This document shows, in pieces, positions 9,263 to 18,887 of a stretch of 64,000 nucleotides of DNA. The DNA lies in contig CAYFPL010000001.1 in assembly GCA_964344935.1 (NCBI GenBank), forward strand, positions 1,391,533-1,455,532, read 5' to 3'. Within the stretch, counting starts at the first letter, position 1. Each line of letters begins with the position of its first letter. The stretch is from an uncultured Rhodospirillaceae bacterium (GTDB lineage Bacteria > Pseudomonadota > Alphaproteobacteria > GCA-2731375). The notes beneath the pieces are model-generated. The model was not told where the DNA came from. It saw nothing but the letters and a program-made list of their open reading frames with translations, and did not search any database. Made by a program: the position numbers and the translations under genes.

Positions 9263-10555
9263 TCAAGTTTCCTTGCGCTGCAACAGCGCGACAAAAAAAC
9301 CATCCGTGCCGTGCTGTGCCGGCGTCAGTCGCAGATAGGGGCCACCACAGGGACATTCGCTGCCCAGAACCTCGCGCCAGACGTCAGCAATGGGAAGAAC
9401 CTGAAAACCGCGGTCATTCCCAAGAAATTTTTCGAGCCGGTCTTCGTTTTCTTCCGTCAGGATGGAGCAAGTGACATAGATCAGGCGGCCGCCAGGCGCG
9501 ACCAAAGATGCGGCACGGTCCAGGATCAACGTCTGCTCCTCCGTATGTGCGCGCAACATTTCAGGGCTCAGGCGCCATTTTGCCTCCGGATTGCGCCGCC
9601 AGGCACCAGAGCCGCTGCACGGCACATCCAACAGCACCCTATCGGCCTTGCCCGCCAGGGCGGCAATAGCCCCTTCCGCTGCCGGATCGGCGAGGGCATG
9701 GACCTGGATATTCCTTGCACCGGCCCGCTGAAGTCGATCCCGCAGGGGCCGCAGGCGACGAGGGTTTTTATCGAAGGCGAAGATCTGACCCTTGTTTAGC
9801 ATCCGCGCGGCAAGAGCCAGGCTCTTGCCGCCGGCACCGGCGCAATAGTCGACCACTTGCATGCCAGGCCGCGCATCACACAACAGGGCCGCCAGTTGAG
9901 AGCCTTCATCCTGTATTTCGATGCAGCCGTCCCGATAGAGCGCATGGGCGGCCAGGGAACGGCGGTCCATCAACCGAAGAGCATCCGGCGCGAAGGTTCC
10001 CGGCTCGGTCGCAATTCCATCCGCCGCCAACCCATCGCATACAGCCGCGACATCCGCCTTCAATCTGTTGACACGCAAATCAACCGGAGCCCGGTCTTGC
10101 ATAGCGGCTAGTTCCGAGGCGATTTCCACGCCAAATCGTCGTTCAAGACTTGGTTGCAGCCATTCGGGGTAGTTGCCTCTGACCCAGGCCGGCGCATGAT
10201 CGGGCAATGCCGACGGCATCGTTGCCAGCGCGGCCGTCTCCTCTTCATCGAGGACCATCGGGCCATATTGTGATCCGTCGAACAGGCCGGAAACAGTGTC
10301 GGTGTCACGCGCCCCCGAAATCATCAGATGGGCCATGGCAAGCCGCCGGCCATCGTCGCCACCGGCAGCCCAGGCATATTCGCCCCGGCGCCGAACAACC
10401 TCATAGACCATTTCGGAAACGTTGCGCCGATCTTTCGAGCCGGCATATCGGCGGCTGCGGAAATAGTTGCCCACCAGGCGGTCGGCCGGCACCGCGGATG
10501 CGGCGATGGCATCGATCAGTTCGATGGCCGCTTGTAGACGCGCCGCCGGCGTCAA
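9263..10555 (-). CDS. rsmB: RsmB/NOP-family SAM-dependent RNA (cytosine-C5) methyltransferase
   Basis: 430 aa. SAM-binding VVDYCAGAGGKSLALA and catalytic Cys motifs VLLDVPCSGSG and LIYVTCSI. Confidence 0.85.
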   Translation of the reverse strand: MTPAARLQAAIELIDAIAASAVPADRLVGNYFRSRRYAGSKDRRNVSEMVYEVVRRRGEYAWAAGGDDGRRLAMAHLMISGARDTDTVSGLFDGSQYGPMVLDEEETAALATMPSALPDHAPAWVRGNYPEWLQPSLERRFGVEIASELAAMQDRAPVDLRVNRLKADVAAVCDGLAADGIATEPGTFAPDALRLMDRRSLAAHALYRDGCIEIQDEGSQLAALLCDARPGMQVVDYCAGAGGKSLALAARMLNKGQIFAFDKNPRRLRPLRDRLQRAGARNIQVHALADPAAEGAIAALAGKADRVLLDVPCSGSGAWRRNPEAKWRLSPEMLRAHTEEQTLILDRAASLVAPGGRLIYVTCSILTEENEDRLEKFLGNDRGFQVLPIADVWREVLGSECPCGGPYLRLTPAQHGTDGFFVALLQRKET

Positions 10556-10565
10556 ATTCCGTCCC

Positions 10566-12200
<1,635 letters not shown>

Positions 12201-12902
12201 TTAAGTGGCACTCCTGTCCGCAATGGCCTCGGCTTCCATATCGCCAGCGACCCCCTGTTGGGTCTCATCCGAGTACATGGCGGGATAATGTTTGATGAAC
12301 GAGGCCTTGATATCCGCCAGCGGCGTATCGGCAAAGGTGCCGTGTTCGGTGATGTATTCCATGTGCTTGTTGCCAGCCGCGTCATAGGGATGGAACACGG
12401 AGTCGTTCCGGCCGTCAAATTCCAGAGGCAATGTGCCGAACTTTTCGCAAAGGCTAAGGTTGAAGGCCGGCGTCGCCTTGACCCATTTGCCTTCGAGAAA
12501 CACTTCCACATAACCGTGATAGACGAACAGATCCGTCTGCATCAGTTCGACCATGCGTTTGGACGCCAGATGATTGCGCACGTCCGCGAAGCCCAGGCGG
12601 GCCGGAATGCCCACCGCCCGGCAGGCGGCAGCCATCAGGGCACCCTTGGTGATGCAGAATCCGCTGCCCCGTTCCAGCACCGTGGAACCCTTCATGCCGA
12701 ATTCCGTCATCTCGACGCCATAAGGGTCATATCGAAATTCGTCGCGCACGGCGTAATAGATCCGCACGGCCTTTTCCAGGTCAGTACCGTCATCGCCTGC
12801 GGCGCGGCGGGCGAATTCGATGACCGCCGGATGATCGCTGTCGACGCAAATTCCGGGTTGCAGATAGGGTTTGAAATCCTCGATGGACGCGGCTTCACTC
12901 AT
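12201..12902 (-). CDS. transglutaminase-like cysteine protease superfamily protein
   Basis: Core motif SGFCITKGALMAAACRAVGIPARLGFADVRNH (Cys nucleophile context) with downstream His/Asp (YHGYVEVFLEGKWVKATP). I prefer the start at MSEAASIEDFK (12902) over the track start at 12947. Confidence 0.7.
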   Translation of the reverse strand: MSEAASIEDFKPYLQPGICVDSDHPAVIEFARRAAGDDGTDLEKAVRIYYAVRDEFRYDPYGVEMTEFGMKGSTVLERGSGFCITKGALMAAACRAVGIPARLGFADVRNHLASKRMVELMQTDLFVYHGYVEVFLEGKWVKATPAFNLSLCEKFGTLPLEFDGRNDSVFHPYDAAGNKHMEYITEHGTFADTPLADIKASFIKHYPAMYSDETQQGVAGDMEAEAIADRSAT

Positions 12903-12961
12903 GGCACAGCTTCTGTTCTTTTTGATTCGTGCCTCCATATAGACCAAAACGCTGCCCGCGC

Positions 12962-13696
12962 CTATCCCTCCTCTTTGCCCTCTTTTTCGCCACGATAACC
13001 CGTCGCGACCACATACATCTCCGCCGAGCCGGCCCTTGAGGCCTCGGGCTTGGCGTGACGCACCTGGGCGAAATCCCGCTTCAAATCAGCCAGCAGCGAC
13101 TGTTCCGAGCCGCCCTGCCAGACCTTGGCAACGAACCCGCCGCCGGGCGCCAGAATAGAACGGGCAAGATCAAGCGCCGCCTCGGCCAGGGCGATAATGC
13201 GCAGATGGTCCGTGGCCCGGTGCCCGGTGGCGGGCGGCGCCATATCGCTCAAGACCAGATCGACGGGCCCGCCCACGGCTTCGCGTATCGCCGCCTCCGT
13301 CTCAAGATCCATCACGTCGCCGACTAGTGTGCGGCAGCCGCCGATGGGTTCCATTTCAGTGACATCGACGGCCAGGACCGTGCCATCCGGGCCCAGGGCA
13401 CGCACCAGCACCTGGGTCCACCCCCCGGGTGCCGCACCCAGGTCGACCACCACCTGGCCCTTTTTCAGGAGATCGAATTTCTCATCCAACTGCAGCAGTT
13501 TATAGGCGGCACGCGACCGGTAACCATCCTTCTTGGCGGCGATCACATACGGATCATTCAGTTGCCGTTGCAGCCAGCGGGTGGAGGATGTCTTGCGCCG
13601 CCGCGCCGTGCGTACGCGGACCGCCAGATTGCGTCCCGATGGCCGCGAAGCGCTGCCACCCCCGCGTCCGCGCCGCCCCCCGCCACGGGCGGTCAC
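12962..13696 (-). CDS. rlmE: 23S rRNA (uridine-2'-O)-methyltransferase RlmE/FtsJ
   Basis: 244 aa. Arg-rich N-terminus then WLQRQLNDPYV...YRSRAAYKLLQLDEKF and SAM motif VVDLGAAPGGWTQV. Start overlaps the ppx stop by 4 nt. Confidence 0.92.
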   Translation of the reverse strand: MTARGGGRRGRGGGSASRPSGRNLAVRVRTARRRKTSSTRWLQRQLNDPYVIAAKKDGYRSRAAYKLLQLDEKFDLLKKGQVVVDLGAAPGGWTQVLVRALGPDGTVLAVDVTEMEPIGGCRTLVGDVMDLETEAAIREAVGGPVDLVLSDMAPPATGHRATDHLRIIALAEAALDLARSILAPGGGFVAKVWQGGSEQSLLADLKRDFAQVRHAKPEASRAGSAEMYVVATGYRGEKEGKEEG

Positions 13697-14757
13697 GGGT
13701 TCGCGCCACGCTGCGCGGCGGCGCCCGGGTTGTCGTTGCCCCGGACGATGTCGGCGGGCCTATCCCATTTCATCAGCGACAACAGCAGCCCTTCCCGCAC
13801 ACCCCGATCGGCCACGCGCAGACGTTGGCATGGCCAAGTGCGGTGGATCGCCTCCAAGATGGCGCAACCGGCGACAACCAGATCTGCCCGTCCTCGACCG
13901 ATGCAGGGATGGGCCGCCCGTTGCTCCAACCGCATCGCGCGCAGTCGCTCGGCCGCCGCCCGGGCATCGGCAAAGGTCAGCCACAAACCGTCAACCCGTT
14001 GGCGGTCATAACGTTCCAGCCCCAGGTGAACACCGGACAGGGTCGTTACCGTGCCCGACGTGCCGATCATCTGGACGATGCCCTGACGGATCTTCTCGTT
14101 GATGCCGTGGTCTTCTTCGAATTCACGAAGTTCCGTAATGATGCGGCAGACCAGGCCCTCGTATTCCGCCGGGGAGAATTCGCTGCTGCCGTGGCGCTCG
14201 GCGATGCTGACGACGCCATGGGGCAGAGAGGTGGTGGCGAGGGGCTCGAGACCGGTTTCAGCGTCGTGTCCGGTCCAACTCAACTCCGTACTGCCGCCGC
14301 CAATATCGAAGACCAGGGCAAATCGGGCCCCATCCGCCAGCAACGGCCGACAGGCGGCGACGGCCAGCTTAGCTTCTTCCTCGGCCGTGATGGTTTCAAG
14401 ATACAATCCGGCTTCCCGGTTCACCCGTTCGAGGAATTCTTCACAATTGCGGGCTTTTCTGCAGGCGGCGGTGGCGACGCAACGGGCCCGGGTGACCCGG
14501 CGTCGGCGCATCTTGTCGGCGCAGACTTTTAGCGCCGCAACAGTGCGGTCCATGGCGGCATCGGACAAGCGGTGGCTGCCCTCGACACCCTCGCCCAGAC
14601 GCACGATGCGGGAGAAGGCATCGACCACGCGGAAGCCATCCTCTACCGGACGTGCTACCAGCAGCCGGCAATTATTGGTGCCCAGATCTATGGCGGCATA
14701 AGTATGCTGGCCGCCATTGCCAAGCCGCCCCCCGTTCTTTTCGTTCCTTTTCGCCAC
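13693..14757 (-). CDS. ppx: Ppx/GppA-family exopolyphosphatase/phosphohydrolase
   Basis: 354 aa. ASKHA-fold motifs AAIDLGTNNCRLLVA and VFDIGGGSTEL. The short single-module form is typical for alphaproteobacteria. Confidence 0.85.
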   Translation of the reverse strand: MAKRNEKNGGRLGNGGQHTYAAIDLGTNNCRLLVARPVEDGFRVVDAFSRIVRLGEGVEGSHRLSDAAMDRTVAALKVCADKMRRRRVTRARCVATAACRKARNCEEFLERVNREAGLYLETITAEEEAKLAVAACRPLLADGARFALVFDIGGGSTELSWTGHDAETGLEPLATTSLPHGVVSIAERHGSSEFSPAEYEGLVCRIITELREFEEDHGINEKIRQGIVQMIGTSGTVTTLSGVHLGLERYDRQRVDGLWLTFADARAAAERLRAMRLEQRAAHPCIGRGRADLVVAGCAILEAIHRTWPCQRLRVADRGVREGLLLSLMKWDRPADIVRGNDNPGAAAQRGANP

Positions 14758-14851
14758 CGCCCCGTTAGGTCCCGGTTGGAATCATTGTTATTTTGCCACA
14801 CCTTGACCCTTTGGCGCGGTCCTGGCAATAGCGGTTTTGCGATCACCTTGG

Positions 14852-14878
14852 TTGACATCCCGGTGGCTGCTTCATAAT
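14852..14878 (+). promoter_or_regulatory. candidate sigma70-type promoter for tRNA-Gln
   Basis: TTGACA (14852-14857) and CATAAT (14873-14878), ending 19 nt before the tRNA 5' end. The spacer is only 15 nt, which is short, so the call is tentative. Confidence 0.45.
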
Positions 14879-14897
14879 TTGCGCCAAAGACCGCCGT

Positions 14898-14971
14898 TGG
14901 GGACTCGTCTAATGGTAGGACAGCGGACTCTGACTCCGTAAGTCCAGGTTCGAATCCTGGGTCCCCAGCCA
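14898..14971 (+). tRNA. tRNA-Gln (anticodon CUG), CCA encoded
   Basis: Folded by hand. Acceptor TGGGGAC/GTCCCCA, D arm GTCT-AATGGTA-GGAC, anticodon arm GCGGA-CTCTGAC-TCCGT (anticodon CTG), variable loop AAGT, T arm CCAGG-TTCGAAT-CCTGG, discriminator G, then CCA. U1-A72 is typical of tRNA-Gln. Confidence 0.95.
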
Positions 14972-15201
14972 ACCCCATCCATTTTTTCTCGACAACGAAA
15001 CGGGCTACGCTGGATGTTTGCGTCTGAATGCCCACGGCGCCGGTCGAGACGATCTCCATCGATCAAGGATCGCGCGCAGTTGCGCCGAGAATCGCCGCAT
15101 GCCAAGTATGTGACAGAAAGATTGCGCTTCTCGTAGCGAGGTGTTGAACGTCAGATGCATGACGAAACGAGCTACACACATCGCGGCGAGCGGCGCGGTA
15201 T

Positions 15202-15217
15202 TTGATACAATAATCAA
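15202..15217. promoter_or_regulatory. inverted repeat TTGAT-N6-ATCAA upstream of the first gene of the FdrA locus (candidate operator)
   Basis: ttgat acaata atcaa at 15202-15217, 20 nt upstream of ATG 15238, in a locally AT-richer stretch. No binding protein is known, so the role is a positional inference. Confidence 0.3.
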
Positions 15218-15237
15218 GAAAAGCGGGACAAAATGCG

Positions 15238-15618
15238 ATGGCGTTCGAACTGTTTGTGAATGGTACCTTGATGCGGGGATTGGCGCTGCACGAGAATTTG
15301 GAGGGCGCGGAGTTTCTTGGTGAGTTCACCACGAAACCCTGTTACCGCCTCTATTCCATCGACGACATCCATCCCGGCATGTTCGAGGTCGCTGAAGGCG
15401 GCGTGGCGGTGAAGGGCGAGATGTATCGTATGAGCGACGAGGTCTGGCGCCGCGTGGAAGATGGGGAACCGCCGCATCTTTATTGCGGTCCCGTTCACCT
15501 GGACAACGGCGAGACCGTCAATGGTATTCTTTTTCCCCAGGAGATCGCGGAAGCAAATTACAAGGACATCTCTCAATTCGGTGATTGGCGGAAGTACATG
15601 GAGTCCAAAGGCTCCTAA
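15238..15618 (+). CDS. stand-alone GGCT-fold protein resembling the C-terminal domain of allophanate hydrolase
   Basis: 126 aa. FVNGTLMRGLALHENLEGAEFLGEFTTKPCYRLYSIDDIHPGMFEVAEGGVAVKGEMYRMSDEVW...PHLYCGPVHLDNGETVNGILF matches my memory of the AH C-domain / gamma-glutamylcyclotransferase-like pattern (T-x-P-x-YRLY ... PG[ML] ... G-x-V-x-GE[VM][WY]). Needs HMM confirmation. Confidence 0.6.
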   Translation: MAFELFVNGTLMRGLALHENLEGAEFLGEFTTKPCYRLYSIDDIHPGMFEVAEGGVAVKGEMYRMSDEVWRRVEDGEPPHLYCGPVHLDNGETVNGILFPQEIAEANYKDISQFGDWRKYMESKGS

Positions 15619-15653
15619 ACCGCCCTCCCCAATACCGACAGCCGCGAGCGGGC

Positions 15654-16334
15654 ATGATCATGAACAATTCCCACGTCATCGAGGCCGAACCCTATCCCCT
15701 GTCGTTCGACGCCGCCAGCACGGCACTGTTGATCATCGATATGCAAAGGGATTTCCTTGAACCGGGCGGCTTTGGAGACATGTTGGGCAATGACGTTTCC
15801 CTGCTGCGCAGAACCATCGAGCCCTGTGCAAGGGTGCTAGACGCGGCCCGGCGGGCAGGTCTGTCGGTGATCCATACCCGCGAAGGCCACAGGCCCGATC
15901 TCACCGACGCACCGCCTACGAAATTGAGCCGGGGCAATCTGCAGACCGGCATCGGCGATGACGGCCCCATGGGCCGCATTTTAGTCCGCGGAGAGCCGGG
16001 CCACGAAATCATCCCGGAACTTGCTCCCAAGGCGGAAGAGCCCGTCATAGACAAACCGGGCAAGGGGGCCTTTTACGAAACGGATCTGGACCTGATTCTG
16101 AAGAATCAGTCGATTAGGACCATCGTCGTCTGCGGTGTCACGACAGAAGTCTGTGTTCACACCACGGTCCGCGAGGCCAATGACCGGGGCTATGAATGTG
16201 TCGTATTGGCCGACTGCGTTGGCTCATATTTCCCTGAATTCCAACGCATAGGCCTTGAAATGATCAAAGCGCAGGGCGGCATATTCGGCTGGGTTGCAAA
16301 TTCGGAATCGCTCATCGCCGCTTTGGCGTCCTAG
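15654..16334 (+). CDS. isochorismatase-family cysteine hydrolase (amidohydrolase)
   Basis: Start taken at ATG 15654 (MIMNNSHVIEAEPYPL). Family motifs: ALLIIDMQRDFLEPGG (catalytic Asp), a conserved Lys region, and VVCGVTTEVCVHTTVREA (nucleophile Cys). Same fold family as BiuH, RutB, N-carbamoylsarcosine amidase and nicotinamidase. Confidence 0.85.
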   Translation: MIMNNSHVIEAEPYPLSFDAASTALLIIDMQRDFLEPGGFGDMLGNDVSLLRRTIEPCARVLDAARRAGLSVIHTREGHRPDLTDAPPTKLSRGNLQTGIGDDGPMGRILVRGEPGHEIIPELAPKAEEPVIDKPGKGAFYETDLDLILKNQSIRTIVVCGVTTEVCVHTTVREANDRGYECVVLADCVGSYFPEFQRIGLEMIKAQGGIFGWVANSESLIAALAS

Positions 16335-16408
16335 CTCACAACTTTGTCATAACAAGCACCTGTGGTCTTATTGACGAACCTGCAATTGCCTAAGGGGAGT
16401 CAATTGTT

Positions 16409-17947
16409 ATGGCGGCAAGAACGCAATACTGGGTGGCCGGCGACCTGAACGCATTTTTTGGCCTCGGCACCAACGTCCTCGTAAATTTGCTGGTCCTTAC
16501 GGGCCTTTTGAAATTTGTCATTCAAATTCCCGACGCCATTCTGTTCGGGCATATCCTGCCGGCGGTCGGCCTGATGCTGTTCCTGGGCAATATCTACTAT
16601 GCCTGGATGGCCAAGAAGCTGGCGGATCAAACCGGGCGCGACGATGTCACTGCACTGCCATCGGGGCCCAGTGTCCCGCATATGTTTATCGTCGTGTTCG
16701 TCATCATGTTGCCGATCACGATTCAGACCAAGGATCCCATCAAGGGTTGGGAAGCCGGGTTGGCCTGGGTCTTTATCGAAGGCCTGGTCCTGTTCGCAGG
16801 CGCATTTATCGCACCGACGATCAGGCGGTTGACCCCGCGCGCCGCACTGCTGGGTACTTTGGCCGGGATTTCCATCACCTTCATTTCCCTACGCCCGGCC
16901 ATGGAGATATTCGAAACGCCGATCATCGGCCTGGTCTCCCTGGTCATCATCCTAGGCGCCTGGTTCGGCGGCGTGCGATATCCGGGCAAGCTTCCCGGCG
17001 GCCTGGTGGCGATCGCGGTCGGCACCATACTGGCGTGGCTCAGCTACATCTTCGGCTGGGGTTTCGGCGGTATGGACCCTGCGGCGGTGCAGAATTCCCT
17101 GGGCAACATCGGTTTCTCCGTGCCCCTGCCCGCCTTCGGCCACGTCTTTTCGGGCTTTGAGTTCCTCGCCTTCATCATCGTCACGGCCATTCCCTTTGGC
17201 GTCTATGACTTCATCGAGGCCATGGACAATGTGGAAAGCGCGGCCGCTGCCGGCGATGAATACAGTGTCAAGGAAACACTGATCGCCGAGGGCGGCATCA
17301 GCCTGGTCGGCACCCTGCTGGGCAGCCCCTTCGCCAACGCCGTATACATTGGCCATCCGGGTTGGAAGTCCATTGGCGGCAAAATCGGCTATTCCATCGC
17401 CACCGGCGCCATGGTCCTGATCCTCACCTGGCTGGGCATCGTTTCGCTGTTGCTTGATCTGATCCCAGTGGTGGCGATCATCCCCATCCTGCTCTACATC
17501 GGCGCCCTGATCGGCGCCCAGGCTTTCCAGGCAACACCGGGCAATCATGCCCCGGCGGTTGTCTTTGCCTTCGTTCCCCATCTGGCAGCCTGGGCGAAAA
17601 CGCTGATCGATGGTTCCCTGGGCGCGGCAGGCACCAACGCAGCGGCCGTCGGCCTGGATAAATTGGCGCAGAACGGCGTTCTCTATAAGGGCCTGGAGGC
17701 GTTGGGGGGCGGTGCCATCATCACCGGCCTGATCTTCGGCGGCATCGTGGTCATGCTGATCGACCGTAACCAGGTTGGCGCCGCCGTGTTCTGCCTGATC
17801 GGGGCGGTCCTGGCGTTCTTCGGCTTCATTCATGGCCCGGCAGTGGGCTTTGCCGTCTCGCCGATGATCGCGCTGAGTTATGTGTTCATGGCGGTCATTT
17901 GCGCCGGTTTCTCGCGCATGGAGGTCGAACAGGAAGCGAGCCAATAG
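16409..17947 (+). CDS. NCS2/AzgA-type (AGZA family) nucleobase-like permease
   Basis: 512 aa, polytopic. N-terminal GDLNAFFGLGTNVLVNLLVL...GNIYYAWMAKKLADQTGRDDVTALPSGPSVPHMF resembles the AzgA/xanthine-uracil permease-like family. SD-like GGGGAG lies 9 nt upstream of the ATG. Confidence 0.75.
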   Translation: MAARTQYWVAGDLNAFFGLGTNVLVNLLVLTGLLKFVIQIPDAILFGHILPAVGLMLFLGNIYYAWMAKKLADQTGRDDVTALPSGPSVPHMFIVVFVIMLPITIQTKDPIKGWEAGLAWVFIEGLVLFAGAFIAPTIRRLTPRAALLGTLAGISITFISLRPAMEIFETPIIGLVSLVIILGAWFGGVRYPGKLPGGLVAIAVGTILAWLSYIFGWGFGGMDPAAVQNSLGNIGFSVPLPAFGHVFSGFEFLAFIIVTAIPFGVYDFIEAMDNVESAAAAGDEYSVKETLIAEGGISLVGTLLGSPFANAVYIGHPGWKSIGGKIGYSIATGAMVLILTWLGIVSLLLDLIPVVAIIPILLYIGALIGAQAFQATPGNHAPAVVFAFVPHLAAWAKTLIDGSLGAAGTNAAAVGLDKLAQNGVLYKGLEALGGGAIITGLIFGGIVVMLIDRNQVGAAVFCLIGAVLAFFGFIHGPAVGFAVSPMIALSYVFMAVICAGFSRMEVEQEASQ

Positions 17948-18024
17948 GGCGTCCTTCCAGGTATCATTGTCCGGGCCGGCCGCGACGGCTGGCCCGGACA
18001 GCGCTGTTTGCTTAGAGCCATGGG

Positions 18025-18885
18025 ATGACACCACTACCCGCCATCAGCCTTGGAATAAATGCACCGCGCGGTGACTTTGCAGGCATCGTCCACAGTGTCT
18101 TTGCACGGGCGGCCAACCTGCGCCTGGAGGATGGCCGGCTGGCGACTTGCACCAACGGCGACTATTTCGAGATGCCGTTGGGCATCCGCATCGAAACGCC
18201 CCGCGCGTTCGATTTTCAAGCGTTCCTGAGGGAAGGCGAGAGTGCCCATTGCCGTGGCGGTATCCTTCGGTTCAACGGCGGCGGATTGAAAGTCGATCTA
18301 CGCACCGCGCGGGTTTGGAACGGTGGCGTTCATATTGTCTCCCCGCCCCAAAGCCGGCCATTGGATGAATTATGGCATATCGCAGAGAAAGGCATTAATG
18401 GCGATGCCACGTTTCCTTTGGCACCGATGGTCTCCCATCTGGCCAATCTGGGCCGCAAAGGTAACCAGGGAGATATGAAATCCTTGCAAGGCCTGATCGG
18501 TACCGGCCCTGGCCTGACCCCGGCGGGCGACGATATGGTCAACGGCTATCTGGCGGCCGCAAAATCATTGGCGCCGAACGAGAATTGGAGCCGGACGTTG
18601 GCATTGCTGACCTTGCAGCATTTATCGTCAACCAATGACGTTAGCCGGCAGATGCTATCTGACGCTGCTGCCGGGCATTTCATCGAGCCATTGCTGAACA
18701 TGCTCTCCGCGATCTACGGTGCCCGGCCTGTCAATCCAGCTGCAGGGCAACTCATGTCCATCGGGGCGACCTCTGGGCCGGCCATGCTGTTGGGTCTATT
18801 GACTGGAATCATGCGGGTCGAAGACAGCCGGCTGCCCGCGTTCGGCCGACCGGCGGCACCCACCGTGGCCCAGGGCAGGTCATAA
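18025..18885 (+). CDS. DUF2877-family protein (E. coli YlbF-like)
   Basis: 286 aa, directly upstream of fdrA (2-nt gap). Size, position in an fdrA/DUF1116/carbamate kinase cluster and the GTGPGLTPAGDDMVNGYL motif fit the YlbF/DUF2877 family. This assignment comes from memory plus context. Confidence 0.6.
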   Translation: MTPLPAISLGINAPRGDFAGIVHSVFARAANLRLEDGRLATCTNGDYFEMPLGIRIETPRAFDFQAFLREGESAHCRGGILRFNGGGLKVDLRTARVWNGGVHIVSPPQSRPLDELWHIAEKGINGDATFPLAPMVSHLANLGRKGNQGDMKSLQGLIGTGPGLTPAGDDMVNGYLAAAKSLAPNENWSRTLALLTLQHLSSTNDVSRQMLSDAAAGHFIEPLLNMLSAIYGARPVNPAAGQLMSIGATSGPAMLLGLLTGIMRVEDSRLPAFGRPAAPTVAQGRS

Positions 18886-18887
18886 CG

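Noticed and set aside
15005-15332. Small ORFs in the tRNA-Gln downstream spacer: 15005..15217 (-), 15063..15332 (-), 15141..15323 (+).
   Set aside because: They have no SD sequences, overlap each other and the start of the 15238 gene, and show no recognisable motifs. They are likely non-coding promoter region.
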